Assembly (NCBI GenBank): GCA_038045705.1
Contig: JBBSXO010000003.1
Span: forward strand, 32,001-96,000
DNA: 64,000 nucleotides
Direction: 5' to 3'
Origin: Nanobdellota archaeon
GTDB taxonomy: Archaea > Nanobdellota > Nanobdellia > Pacearchaeales > GW2011-AR1
In this document: positions 1-10,124 of the stretch, piece by piece
How positions within the stretch are numbered: the stretch's first letter is position 1
How the letters are laid out: the number at the start of each line of letters is the position of its first letter
Notes under the pieces: generated by a model
The model's database searches: none
What the model was told of the DNA's origin: nothing
Seen by the model: the letters and a program-made list of their open reading frames with translations, nothing else
Position numbers and translations under genes: made by a program

Positions 1-301
1 CAGCGTTCTGTAAAGTCCAATTACCATTAGTCACATTACTTGTAGCAAATGTATTTAGACCAGCAGAACTTTGACCAGCATTAACTCTTCCACTTCCCCA
101 GTTAATTTGAGAAGTTGTAAAGTTAATTGTAACAGTAGATTCAACAGTCAAATTAGCTTCTCCAATACTTGTAGCATGTCCTGATATTGTGCTAAACAAT
201 GTTCTAGCAGAAAGGTAAAATACAGCAACAGAGAACAATGAAATCACAAAAACAAAAACAGCAAAGATAACAATTATCTTAGAGTTTCCTTCAACCACCA
301 T
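1..301 (-). CDS. Secreted/membrane-anchored pilin- or WxL-like surface protein (partial, runs off window start)
   Basis: Manual translation from ATG at 301: MVVEGNSKIIVIFAVFVFVISLFSVAVFYLSARTLFSTISGHATSIGEANLTVESTVTINFTTSQINWGSGRVNAG...; N-terminal TM, ISGHAT motif, beta-rich; not in ORF track because truncated. Confidence 0.75.
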   Translation of the reverse strand, partial: MVVEGNSKIIVIFAVFVFVISLFSVAVFYLSARTLFSTISGHATSIGEANLTVESTVTINFTTSQINWGSGRVNAGQSSAGLNTFATSNVTNGNWTLQNA

Positions 302-503
302 AATCCGCTCCATTTTCAAAACCATTCCCTTCAACAACTAGACCAACATTTCCAGCATTTGAGGAATAAGAAATTTTATTAAGATAATTATCTGAATTTA
401 TATTATAAATCATCAAATTAAAAACAACTGAAGTAACAGACAAAACTAAAGTAATCATAAGAAGAACAACCACCACTCTTTTCAAACTAGCCATAGCTAA
501 CAA
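291..503 (-). CDS. Small single-TM protein of the surface operon
   Basis: 70 aa, hydrophobic N-terminal helix; overlaps start of the next co-directional gene. Confidence 0.6.
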   Translation of the reverse strand: MLAMASLKRVVVVLLMITLVLSVTSVVFNLMIYNINSDNYLNKISYSSNAGNVGLVVEGNGFENGADYGG

Positions 504-529
504 AATAAGCCATTATATTTAAACGTTTC

Positions 530-1726
530 TTATTTTTTCTTAATTTTTCTCCTTAAGAACAGAAACCACGTCAAATTGAGCAAAACAAGAACCGCAACTG
601 CTATAATCAGTACTGTTACAAGAGAATCACTTTGCTTCGTATTCGCAGATTTTATAACATAACCTACCCCTATTACTGAAATATCATTTTCAGAAACATC
701 TAAAGTAAGATCCTTTTGAATAGAACTTTGTCCAAAATTAATAAATGCTTTTGCATCATAATTACCAACACGAACACCTTCAGTATCCCAGAAAGAAACA
801 AGTAACTTACTCGAAAATGAATCTATTTTATAGGTTGCAGATTTAAAATCAGCCATTATTTCTCCATCTTGATTAAACACTTGCATAGATATATAAGCAT
901 CTTCGATAGGAGAGTTAAGACTATTCTCAACTAAGAATTCAAATTTAGCTATTTCCCCAAGGCTAAAATCATTTACTTCAACACTTTTAAGTTCTAAACT
1001 ATCTTTGCCAACAGAAAATTCCTTCTCTAAAGTCAGAGTAGATTCATCATACAAAACAGTAGCAAATGCCCTATATCTTCCAAAGGGTATCGATGTAGTA
1101 TCCCATTCAACAGCAAGTTCTTTTCTCTCACCACTTAAAACTTCAATTTCCTGCGTCGAAAGAGAGATAACTTTTTCATTTAAAGGCGTATAAATATCTA
1201 TCACTGCTCTTGCTCTGACAATATCAAGTTTACCTTTACTAACTAAGGGCATAACAAATGCTATCTTACCACTATTAGTTGTGCTTACACTCAAAGCAGA
1301 TTCAGCATATTTACCTGGATAAGGCACGTCAACTAATATCTTAGTCGCGATTCCAACAATAGAACCAATATAGGTTGGAGAAGATGAAGAAGATGTATCC
1401 GGAACTTCAGTTACAACAATATCAGCATAATGAGCCCCAGGAGAAAGTCCAGAGGGAATTTTTACAGAATATTTTATAGTTACACTAGGAGTTTCAGGAG
1501 TAAGAGTAACATAATACTGCGAAAGAGCAACACTTTGGCTCAATTCTCCCTCTGGAAGTATAACTAAATTAACCCTTTTATTTTCAGAATTAATTATATC
1601 AAACGAAAAAGTTTGTTCAGTTCCAGGTTCGTAACCAAGAATCTTCTGAGCAGGAGTTATTCCAAAAGCAGAAGAAATAGGAAAGACAATAAAAAATAAA
1701 ATAAAAAATAAAATAAATTTATTCAT
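530..1726 (-). CDS. Secreted Ig-like multi-domain protein with C-terminal TM anchor (WxL-interacting-protein/chaperone-like architecture)
   Basis: Signal peptide ending SSA-FGITPA, beta-sandwich-like repeats, C-terminal TM followed by RRKIKKK. Confidence 0.65.
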   Translation of the reverse strand: MNKFILFFILFFIVFPISSAFGITPAQKILGYEPGTEQTFSFDIINSENKRVNLVILPEGELSQSVALSQYYVTLTPETPSVTIKYSVKIPSGLSPGAHYADIVVTEVPDTSSSSSPTYIGSIVGIATKILVDVPYPGKYAESALSVSTTNSGKIAFVMPLVSKGKLDIVRARAVIDIYTPLNEKVISLSTQEIEVLSGERKELAVEWDTTSIPFGRYRAFATVLYDESTLTLEKEFSVGKDSLELKSVEVNDFSLGEIAKFEFLVENSLNSPIEDAYISMQVFNQDGEIMADFKSATYKIDSFSSKLLVSFWDTEGVRVGNYDAKAFINFGQSSIQKDLTLDVSENDISVIGVGYVIKSANTKQSDSLVTVLIIAVAVLVLLNLTWFLFLRRKIKKK

Positions 1727-2159
1727 TTTCTACCCCCGTATAAGCAATTGAAGAATTGATAAGTGAACCAGTTTCATAAACATCAACTTGTAATGTTGAG
1801 TCACCTAAATTAAAAACACCAATTGTTCCATCTTCAAGCGCCCTAAATTGCAAAACAACTGTTAATTCTAAATTAATCTCACGAATCTCACCTTTCAATC
1901 CATCAAAAAATTTTATAAAATATTTGCCTTCTTTCAGACTAATAGTTTCATTAATAAATATAGTTTCAGGGGAATTAAATCTGGAATTATCATCTATAAG
2001 AATATAATCTACAGAAGGTAAAACAAAAAGAAGTGTTTCATATTCCGAAGTCAAAGGAGAAATTACCAAAGGAGGAGTATATCCAACAAGAAAAAATATT
2101 GCAGATAAAAATCCAAATAAAAGTATAGCATCAACAATTAACAGTTTTTTATAGTCCAT
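1719..2159 (-). CDS. Single-TM protein with extracellular beta-rich domain
   Basis: 146 aa, N-terminal TM; translationally coupled to both neighbours. Confidence 0.65.
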   Translation of the reverse strand: MDYKKLLIVDAILLFGFLSAIFFLVGYTPPLVISPLTSEYETLLFVLPSVDYILIDDNSRFNSPETIFINETISLKEGKYFIKFFDGLKGEIREINLELTVVLQFRALEDGTIGVFNLGDSTLQVDVYETGSLINSSIAYTGVENE

Positions 2160-2160
2160 T

Positions 2161-5100
2161 TTAATAAGTATCTCCGCTACCTAATTCTATTGTAAAAGTT
2201 ATAGTTGAGGATTTAACGCCGGGACCATCAGACGAAGGAACAGTTACATTAATATCAACTTCAACACTATCCGTTGTATCAGCATACTTCAAGTCTACAA
2301 GATCTGAAATGTCATCAGCAACTAACGGAATATTGCTATATCCTATAATTGTTTCAGTCCAATTAAATGATCCATTTTCAGAAATTCCATTAGTAGTAAC
2401 ATTATCAAATTTAAATTTATAATTATCTGTAGGATTAGTTACACTTTGCCAAAGACTAGTTCCTTCAACATCAATATCATTTAAAACATTACCTTCATTT
2501 ATTAAAATAAATGGTTTAGGAAAATTATCCGAAGTATCATTATTCTTCAAATATCCCAAATTTCCAAATTCTATCAAACTTATATTCATAACTATGTTAA
2601 TATACGCCTGTACTTTCAAATTAAATGGATCAGAATATGAACCAAAAGAACCATCTGAAGCAGAAACACTCCATCTGTAAGAGTCTAAATTATCAAAAAG
2701 GCAATTAAGTGGATTTCCTAAATCTAAAAGAGTAAAGGATAAGGAATTTCCAAACTCATAACCAGTACCACCATTATAATTAGAGTCAACGCAAGTAGAC
2801 TGCGCAATTAATGAGATATTAACTGTATAATTCTTAATAGCATCTCCATCATCATCGCTAGCAACCCATGTAAAGTTTTGATTTGTACGATTAATTGTTG
2901 AAGACCCATTAGCTGGCGCAATTAAACTAACATTAGGTAAAGAATTCAAAATAGTTAAATTACTAGAATTTACATTAAAATTGTTAAGAGGATCATATAT
3001 TGTCAACCCAACAGACCAATTATGTCCTTTAGTTGTATTTCCATCATCAAGAGTGGCAATAAATGTAGTCCCATTAGAATAACTTAAATTATAAGCTTGA
3101 GTAAGATGAAGAATACTATTATTATACCATCTTACTGTAACATTCATAGTATCGTTATTTAAGTCGAGTAATGTTGTTCGGACATTCAAATCTTCCAAAG
3201 TTCTATTCAGTCCAAGAGTAGAATTCAGAATTAGAGCAGTTCCATTGTAAGGAATGTTATTAATTCTAAACGTTCTTGTCTGACTTGTTGCAATATTTTG
3301 AGTAGTATCGGCACAAGTTACATTCCATCCATGAGTCCCACTAGAAAAACCAACAACACTAAGATTAACCATACTACCAGAAGGAGAATTAATGTTTGAT
3401 GAATTTACTAAATTATCTATTGTCAAATTACAAGACATTGTAGAAGAATGATCATCTGTAGCCGTCCAATTAAATGATAAGCTACTCCCAAAACTAAAAT
3501 TGGAATCGTTCAAAGGTTGATTTAAAGCAATTGATGGTGGGCTATCTTGTTCAAAAGTTATTGTATAATAAGGTGCATATGTACCATTAGCACCACTGCC
3601 TAAAGCCCTAAGACTCCATAAATAGGATTCACTAAAACATGAAACTGAAACAGATATTGAATGCTGGCTAACTGCACCTAAAGATTCTATGTTTTGTCCA
3701 TTATATTGAGAATCTTCACAAAGACTGTTTATGGAAAGATTAAACTGCAAACCAGTAATTTCATCAAGATCATCGTCACTATGAGCAAAATAAAATGTCT
3801 GGTCACTTGTATTATAACTTAAAGAGTCATTAGCTGGAGATATTAAAGTAACATTAGGTAAAGAATTCAAGATAGTTAAATTACTAGAATTTACATTAAA
3901 ATTATTAAGAGAGTCATATATTGTCAACCCAACAGACCAATTATGTCCTTTAGTTGTATTTCCATCATCAAGAGTGGCAATAAATGTAGTCCCATTAGAA
4001 TAACTTAAATTATAAGCTTGAGTAAGATGAAGAATACTATTATTATACCATCTTACTGTAACATTCATTGTATTGTTGTCTAAATCAAGTAATGTTGTTC
4101 GAACATTCAAATCTTCCAAAGTTCTATTTAATCCAAGGGTAGAATTCAGAATTAAAGCAGTCCCATTATAAGGGGCAGAGTCTCCACTAATAACTGTAAC
4201 ATTATAATTTATCAAACTTTGTGAATAGTTTTGAGTCTGAGCGTAAGAAACAGTGATATTGTAAATTCCAATTCCACTAAATGAAGTTAAATTGCTTACT
4301 TCAGTAGGTCGTTGATTAATGAGTGTCCCATTGTTATATAATTGAAGATTTCCTCCAGGATCTCCCAAAATTAAAGTTCCATTCAATAAAATACTCCCTC
4401 CACTAGAAATCGTAATATTTGATTGGGTTCCATTCAAAGTTAAATTTAATTGACTAGTATTTCTAGCAATAACATAATTTCTAGTTCCAGAAATATTATA
4501 TGTAGAACCAGGTCCATAAGACCACCAGTAATAAGAGTATGTTCCTGCAGCAATATTAGCAATCGTAGAGTTAAACATGGTTGCAGATAAATTTGAGACA
4601 CTCCTATTAGTTCCATTAAATTCAAAACCAGCGGTACCATTTGAGTCAGTTATAGTTATATTAAAAGCATAAACCGCATTATTGACATAAGCAGAATTAT
4701 TTAGAATGGTTTCATTAAATAAACCAAACACAGGTGTGAATGGACAATTACCATCCCATAAAGTACCGTTAAGCCAATAAGTCTTTGTTATAGACTTATC
4801 TGAAGAATTTGTATATGTTATTACCCATGTTTCATTACATAAAGACATCCCAGTAGCAGGATTCTTACCAACAGCATAATATAAAGCAGGAGCAGTATTA
4901 GCAAAAGATTCAACAATAAAGTTTTGAGTTACCATAGTTCCAGAACCATTGTAAGCAACAGCAACAATATCTCCAGCAGACTGATTAAAATAAGCAACTA
5001 CAAAATTATCTGAATTTGTGCTTTTATTAAACACTGTTGCAATAGACAGCCTAGAAGAAGATCCTACTGCAGTATCTACATCAGTAGCAGATAGAATAGA

Positions 5101-8100
5101 ATTTCCTGCGAGATCATTTATCGCAATAGTAATATCCTGTTCACCCTGATCATACCAAGCTAACACATATTTATCATTATCAATTGTAGCACTAGCAACC
5201 TGCGCAGCAGTTCCAACAGCACTATCTATAGCAGTATCAGTAACAACTTCCGTTCCTGCATGATCAACTAAGTGATATATCGCATCATCATCACCTCCAG
5301 CATCATAATCTACAGCAACAAGGCTAGTAGCATTTACAACATCACAATCAGCTCTATCTTGTAATCCACCTTCTGGAACTACTGCAGCATTGACATCTGT
5401 TTCAGTTCCAATAAGAGTACCAGTTTGTGCATCAAATCTTATCATATCTAAGTCTCCTTCAGTTGAGTCTACATAACAATAAGCAATTAAAGTTGTATTA
5501 AATGCAGTCAAAGCAATCTCATGTAATGCAGTACCTATAGAACCATCGGTAGTTACAGGACTGAAATAATAAGTTCCATCAGTTTTAAAACCAGCTCTCC
5601 ACTCAGCAGAAGTATTTGTCCAGCCAATTACAAAAAAAGTAGAGTTGATGCTAGCTACAGCAACTCTTGTTACGTTATTAGTCCTGTTATAACCATCACC
5701 ACTTCCAGTAGCAATAGTTACTGGTTGTAAGATAGTTGTACCATCAGTATTCATTATTTGAAACTGAACAGTATTACCAGTTCTATTTAGATAAGTCATT
5801 ACGTAACTTTCAGAAGTTAATGGAGCTAAACCAACATCTCCAAGAAAACCATTCAATGCAGTAGACGGATCTATAATATGATCAAATTCAACCTCCCCGC
5901 CTGTAACAAGCAAATCAAAAGTATCTTGATTTCTATCTCCAAGATTGTTCAAATATATTTTATTATATTCATTTTCAGTTAAATTATAAAATCGCGCAAG
6001 AGATTCATTTGAGTCTTTCTCAAAAACATTTATAATAATATCAGATATATTTGTACCATTAGTTGCACGAGAATAAATAGTAATATCATTGATAGATGTT
6101 AAATTGGTTTCAAAAGTCACCCTTACATAATGTCCATCAGGAATAGATTCACTCCAAATGTTATCTAATTCTCTGGTTTCATTATAAATATTTGAAATAA
6201 AACCATAAGTTTCATTAAGGTGTTGAGCATCAATTATAACAATTATATTAAAAGTTTGATTACTTAAATGAGGAGCAATCCATTGAATATAATCATAATT
6301 TCCATCATTATTAGAGTCATTTATAGAAAAGACTTCCAAGATAGAATTATTTTCTACCCATTCTATGACAATGGAAGAAGAATCTTTTAATTCAAGATTA
6401 TCAGAAAGATTTGTAAAAACAAGAACATTTTCATAATGCACATCAGCAGGACTTGAAACATGTAATGTTTTTTGAGTAAAATCTAATATGTTTTCTTTAA
6501 CAGCAGGAGCATCAGTATAATATTCCACTTCAACCCCCAAATCAGATTGTTGAAGCTCAATAGAAATTTCTTGAACATCAACTCCTAATTCTTCAACAAC
6601 ATTCCCCGTAATACTGAAAAATTTAAGTATTTTAGAGAAGAAAGAATCAAGATTTGCATCTTTCTCCGCGCTAATATCAGCAGTAACTTCCCCATTTATT
6701 CCAACAAATAAGTTTGAGATAGAAGTTTCAGCAATGCCAGAGATTTCATGAGACTCATTTAAATCAGAAGTTATTTTATTAATTGTGATATTCTCTGCAC
6801 TAGCTGGTACCTCAATAGTCAAATTTAAACTATCGTTTAATTCCAAAGAAACTGTCTTAGTCCATCTAACTGGTTGTCCAATAACTGCTGTAAATTGTTT
6901 TGTTTTAACATCAACTGAAGTTTCATTAAAAAATGTTTTATTTATCTCAGTCATATTTTCAATAATTGTCTCATTTGTCAAAGTTTGATTAATAATAGAT
7001 TCATTTAATATTGCGATATCCAAATCAGACTCGATAACTTCAGCTTCAAATAATTCTTCATTTAAAATAGTTATATCTTCAGAAGCTTCGACAATGACAT
7101 TTCCTTGATAAATCAAGGAGATAGTTAATTTATCTTCTTTATCCGCAATCAATTCAAGAGCACCCATATCAATAATTATTTCTTCACTTTCATCAGAAAT
7201 ATAATCTTCTCCAAATCCTTCTCTCTCTATATAATAATCAGTAGATACAATTAATTCATCATTCTTTATTTTAAATTCAACATCCTCGTCATTTAAAGAG
7301 TTCCCATCATAAGAAACACTTCCTTCAATAAGAGAAGCAGTTTCGCTATCAGACAGAACATAAGAAAATGCATTTTCTTTAGAAGTCTGACCATTTATAA
7401 TTTTCAGATCTGAAATAGCATCTCCAGTTATAATTGAATCAGAAGATTCTAAAGAGCTTTCTTCGGTAGACTCAGTACTTTCAGCCTCAGTCTCAGGTTC
7501 TTCAGGACTACTTTCACTAGTTGATCCATCACCAGTTTGTTGAATTTCCTCATTTGTTTGTTCTTCAGGAATAATCTCAGACTCGTCAGAATTAAATGAT
7601 TCAGAGCCTACATTCTCTTCAATCTTAATTATAGAAAAATCAAAATCAACAAACGGATATTCAATTACCTTTCCTGGGACTCCATAACCTTCACCACTTC
7701 CAGATAAAGAAACACCTTCTGCATAGAATTCTCCGTAAACAAGTTCATCAGAAACTAATTCAGATAAATTAAATATTTTCGAAGTATTTCCGTAAGCAAC
7801 TAAAACTAAAGAGTTAGATGGAATAAGTTCTCCATGAAATAAATCAAATCTAAGCACACCATTAATTGACTCACCAAAATTATAATTCTTATCTATATCC
7901 AGAGATACATTCCCAGTAAAACTAAATGAAAAAAAGTAAAATGCCAAAAAAATAATTGCAAATATCAAAAAGCCTTTTAGTAAAATTTTATCATTATTTC
8001 TCAAACCAGAACCTAAATAAGTAGTTACAACTTTGCCATTAATACGTCTAGTCTCATAATAATAAGGACCAAACCTCTTACCATTTTTATAAGTATATTT

Positions 8101-8112
8101 TTTGTGTACCAC
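2161..8112 (-). CDS. Giant surface glycoprotein/adhesin (1983 aa)
   Basis: Basic GPYYY N-terminus, TM, acidic linker, probable beta-propeller region, Ig-like repeats, very many N-x-S/T sequons. Confidence 0.8.
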   Translation of the reverse strand: MVHKKYTYKNGKRFGPYYYETRRINGKVVTTYLGSGLRNNDKILLKGFLIFAIIFLAFYFFSFSFTGNVSLDIDKNYNFGESINGVLRFDLFHGELIPSNSLVLVAYGNTSKIFNLSELVSDELVYGEFYAEGVSLSGSGEGYGVPGKVIEYPFVDFDFSIIKIEENVGSESFNSDESEIIPEEQTNEEIQQTGDGSTSESSPEEPETEAESTESTEESSLESSDSIITGDAISDLKIINGQTSKENAFSYVLSDSETASLIEGSVSYDGNSLNDEDVEFKIKNDELIVSTDYYIEREGFGEDYISDESEEIIIDMGALELIADKEDKLTISLIYQGNVIVEASEDITILNEELFEAEVIESDLDIAILNESIINQTLTNETIIENMTEINKTFFNETSVDVKTKQFTAVIGQPVRWTKTVSLELNDSLNLTIEVPASAENITINKITSDLNESHEISGIAETSISNLFVGINGEVTADISAEKDANLDSFFSKILKFFSITGNVVEELGVDVQEISIELQQSDLGVEVEYYTDAPAVKENILDFTQKTLHVSSPADVHYENVLVFTNLSDNLELKDSSSIVIEWVENNSILEVFSINDSNNDGNYDYIQWIAPHLSNQTFNIIVIIDAQHLNETYGFISNIYNETRELDNIWSESIPDGHYVRVTFETNLTSINDITIYSRATNGTNISDIIINVFEKDSNESLARFYNLTENEYNKIYLNNLGDRNQDTFDLLVTGGEVEFDHIIDPSTALNGFLGDVGLAPLTSESYVMTYLNRTGNTVQFQIMNTDGTTILQPVTIATGSGDGYNRTNNVTRVAVASINSTFFVIGWTNTSAEWRAGFKTDGTYYFSPVTTDGSIGTALHEIALTAFNTTLIAYCYVDSTEGDLDMIRFDAQTGTLIGTETDVNAAVVPEGGLQDRADCDVVNATSLVAVDYDAGGDDDAIYHLVDHAGTEVVTDTAIDSAVGTAAQVASATIDNDKYVLAWYDQGEQDITIAINDLAGNSILSATDVDTAVGSSSRLSIATVFNKSTNSDNFVVAYFNQSAGDIVAVAYNGSGTMVTQNFIVESFANTAPALYYAVGKNPATGMSLCNETWVITYTNSSDKSITKTYWLNGTLWDGNCPFTPVFGLFNETILNNSAYVNNAVYAFNITITDSNGTAGFEFNGTNRSVSNLSATMFNSTIANIAAGTYSYYWWSYGPGSTYNISGTRNYVIARNTSQLNLTLNGTQSNITISSGGSILLNGTLILGDPGGNLQLYNNGTLINQRPTEVSNLTSFSGIGIYNITVSYAQTQNYSQSLINYNVTVISGDSAPYNGTALILNSTLGLNRTLEDLNVRTTLLDLDNNTMNVTVRWYNNSILHLTQAYNLSYSNGTTFIATLDDGNTTKGHNWSVGLTIYDSLNNFNVNSSNLTILNSLPNVTLISPANDSLSYNTSDQTFYFAHSDDDLDEITGLQFNLSINSLCEDSQYNGQNIESLGAVSQHSISVSVSCFSESYLWSLRALGSGANGTYAPYYTITFEQDSPPSIALNQPLNDSNFSFGSSLSFNWTATDDHSSTMSCNLTIDNLVNSSNINSPSGSMVNLSVVGFSSGTHGWNVTCADTTQNIATSQTRTFRINNIPYNGTALILNSTLGLNRTLEDLNVRTTLLDLNNDTMNVTVRWYNNSILHLTQAYNLSYSNGTTFIATLDDGNTTKGHNWSVGLTIYDPLNNFNVNSSNLTILNSLPNVSLIAPANGSSTINRTNQNFTWVASDDDGDAIKNYTVNISLIAQSTCVDSNYNGGTGYEFGNSLSFTLLDLGNPLNCLFDNLDSYRWSVSASDGSFGSYSDPFNLKVQAYINIVMNISLIEFGNLGYLKNNDTSDNFPKPFILINEGNVLNDIDVEGTSLWQSVTNPTDNYKFKFDNVTTNGISENGSFNWTETIIGYSNIPLVADDISDLVDLKYADTTDSVEVDINVTVPSSDGPGVKSSTITFTIELGSGDTY
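2908..3252. repeat. Intragenic direct repeat, copy B (~345 bp)
   Basis: Near-identical to 3829..4173 (offset 921 bp); encodes PYNGTALILNSTLGLNRTLEDLNVRTTLLDL...NSLPNV. Confidence 0.95.
3829..4173. repeat. Intragenic direct repeat, copy A (~345 bp)
   Basis: Near-identical to 2908..3252. Confidence 0.95.
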
Positions 8113-8205
8113 TTTTTATAAAAAAGAGTTCTCTTACACCTCTTTTTATATAATGATTTAGAAAATAATCTTTATAAGCATTTCCAAGTAAGAATAAAGG
8201 TTCTC

Positions 8206-8595
8206 TTACAAGATTTTTTGCTTAAATTCAAGATTCCTATGCAATTTATCTATATTTTCTTCACAAACAAAATCATGTTGCCTAAATCCACCACCAAAGG
8301 TTTTAGGAATATGGAGGAGTTCATGTATTATTACCTTATCCTGATTAATCTTATTCAATTTATCAAACTTTTCAAGAAACTCTATTGTATAAAAAGCATT
8401 AGTTTTCATCCCTTTCTGCATAACTTTACCTATAGTGTGGCAACGAGCAATAGTTCTTTTAGTACTACTTCCAAAACTTCTTAAACATTCAACTCTCTCA
8501 AGATTAATATGATCCATCTTAAGAGCGTTAACTATCTCAACAAGCCTCTCTTTCAAATCAGGAGCATAATCATATTTCATATCATCACTAACCAA
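8206..8595 (-). CDS. Putative zinc metallopeptidase (HEXXH)
   Basis: VIIHELLHIPKTFGGGFRQHD motif typical of a small conserved archaeal metallopeptidase family. Confidence 0.75.
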   Translation of the reverse strand: MVSDDMKYDYAPDLKERLVEIVNALKMDHINLERVECLRSFGSSTKRTIARCHTIGKVMQKGMKTNAFYTIEFLEKFDKLNKINQDKVIIHELLHIPKTFGGGFRQHDFVCEENIDKLHRNLEFKQKIL

Positions 8596-8629
8596 GAAAG
8601 AGAATATGTCATTTTTAAAAGCTATTATC

Positions 8630-8848
8630 TTAAACTTTTATCTCAATAATCTTTTTTCTACTTTTAGGATTTTTAATGTGAATATCTACAAATAAAACAT
8701 TAAATTTTTTGGCAAGCATCTTAATCACTATAATATTAGCCCTACCATCTAAAGCTCTTTCTTTTGTATAAATCAAATAAGTTCCATCACTACACTCCTC
8801 GATGCCATTTTTTAATGATCCGGGTTTAACTTTAACATAGATTATCAT
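8630..8848 (-). CDS. DUF167/YggU family protein
   Basis: IYVKVKPGS...DGRAN...KSRKKIIEI pattern. Confidence 0.85.
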   Translation of the reverse strand: MIIYVKVKPGSLKNGIEECSDGTYLIYTKERALDGRANIIVIKMLAKKFNVLFVDIHIKNPKSRKKIIEIKV

Positions 8849-10020
8849 CTAGTCATTATCTCCAAACCATCAAGATTCTTAATAATATAATCCTTCCCAA
8901 CAGCTTGTTTTGTTTTCAAATTTATTGCCTTGACAAACTTATCCCCTATATCACTATGAAGGCGATAAGCGAAATCAAGAGCAGTTGAGTCTGGAGGCAT
9001 TAAAAAACAATCGGGTAAGACATTTCCCTTGCTGTCTTCCATTTTAGCACCAGCTGGAAAAACAGCGATATATTTTAATAAATCAAAAACAATATAATTC
9101 AAAACATTCTGCACACCGGTAGAACCAAATTCAACCATAACTTTTCTAATCATTTCAAGAGCAGATTTTTGAGGATCATTCAAATTCCCAAGAATAGTGA
9201 AGTCTTTTTCACCGGGAATATATTTAATTATTCCAATCTTATCTGCTTGACGCAAACTCAATTCACCATCGGCAAAGCAAGGAACCAATGGATGGCTAAA
9301 TTTATTTTTTATTTTATTAAAATTAGAGATACCATTAGGTCTATCAACTTTATTAGCAGCAATAATCATAGGTTTAGTATAAATCCTCAAAGCGCGAGCA
9401 AACTTGAATAAATCATCATCACTCCAGACAGATGGCTTTCTAATATCAAATTTTTCTTTAATTACTACATGATTAATATCATCTTCTGTAACCTTCAAAC
9501 CAGAAAACTGTTTAGCAACAGTCTTAGCAAATTGTCCCTTTTGCATTTCCATACTTTTCATAAGTGTTACCCAGGCTCTTTTTAAAACTCCTAGATACCA
9601 TAAATCTAACTCTCTTTCAATAATTTCTATATCTTTGGAAGGATCATAATTATCTGTCTGTTTTCCTTCAGCATCTGTTTCTCCAGACATATCAACTACA
9701 TGAATAAAAGCATCAACTCCCGCTAAATCATCAAGAAACTGGTTTCCTAAACCTTTTCCAAGAGAAGCTCCTTCTACTAAACCAGCAACATCAAACAAAT
9801 CAATTGGTACAAATCTCCAACCATCACGAACATATCCTTGTCTTGGATTCGAAACCTTCCCAAAATCAGCAGCTAAATCATGAATCTTAACATATGCCAT
9901 TCCATGATTTGGTTTAATAGTTGCGAAAGGATAATTTGCAATAAGAACATCCTGCAACGTAGATGCCTTAAAGAAAGTTGACTTGCCTACGTTAGGCTTT
10001 CCAAGTAATCCTATAATCAT
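8845..10020 (-). CDS. ychF: YchF/Obg-family GTPase/ATPase with TGS domain
   Basis: GKPNVGKST, NYPFATI, DVAGLV, ANKVD, C-terminal TGS (DFAYRLHSDIG). Confidence 0.9.
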   Translation of the reverse strand: MIIGLLGKPNVGKSTFFKASTLQDVLIANYPFATIKPNHGMAYVKIHDLAADFGKVSNPRQGYVRDGWRFVPIDLFDVAGLVEGASLGKGLGNQFLDDLAGVDAFIHVVDMSGETDAEGKQTDNYDPSKDIEIIERELDLWYLGVLKRAWVTLMKSMEMQKGQFAKTVAKQFSGLKVTEDDINHVVIKEKFDIRKPSVWSDDDLFKFARALRIYTKPMIIAANKVDRPNGISNFNKIKNKFSHPLVPCFADGELSLRQADKIGIIKYIPGEKDFTILGNLNDPQKSALEMIRKVMVEFGSTGVQNVLNYIVFDLLKYIAVFPAGAKMEDSKGNVLPDCFLMPPDSTALDFAYRLHSDIGDKFVKAINLKTKQAVGKDYIIKNLDGLEIMTR

Positions 10021-10124
10021 AAAACAATCATAAAATCTAGTATTTTAATTGTTTCCTATCAGACAACTTCAATTTTAATAGAACTCTTAAGTATATTTAT
10101 AAGTAAGTTATTCTCATAGACATA

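Noticed and set aside
2908-4173. Template/variable repeat pair of a diversity-generating retroelement
   Set aside because: Both copies are in-frame coding domains, differences are not adenine-specific, and no reverse transcriptase is in the window
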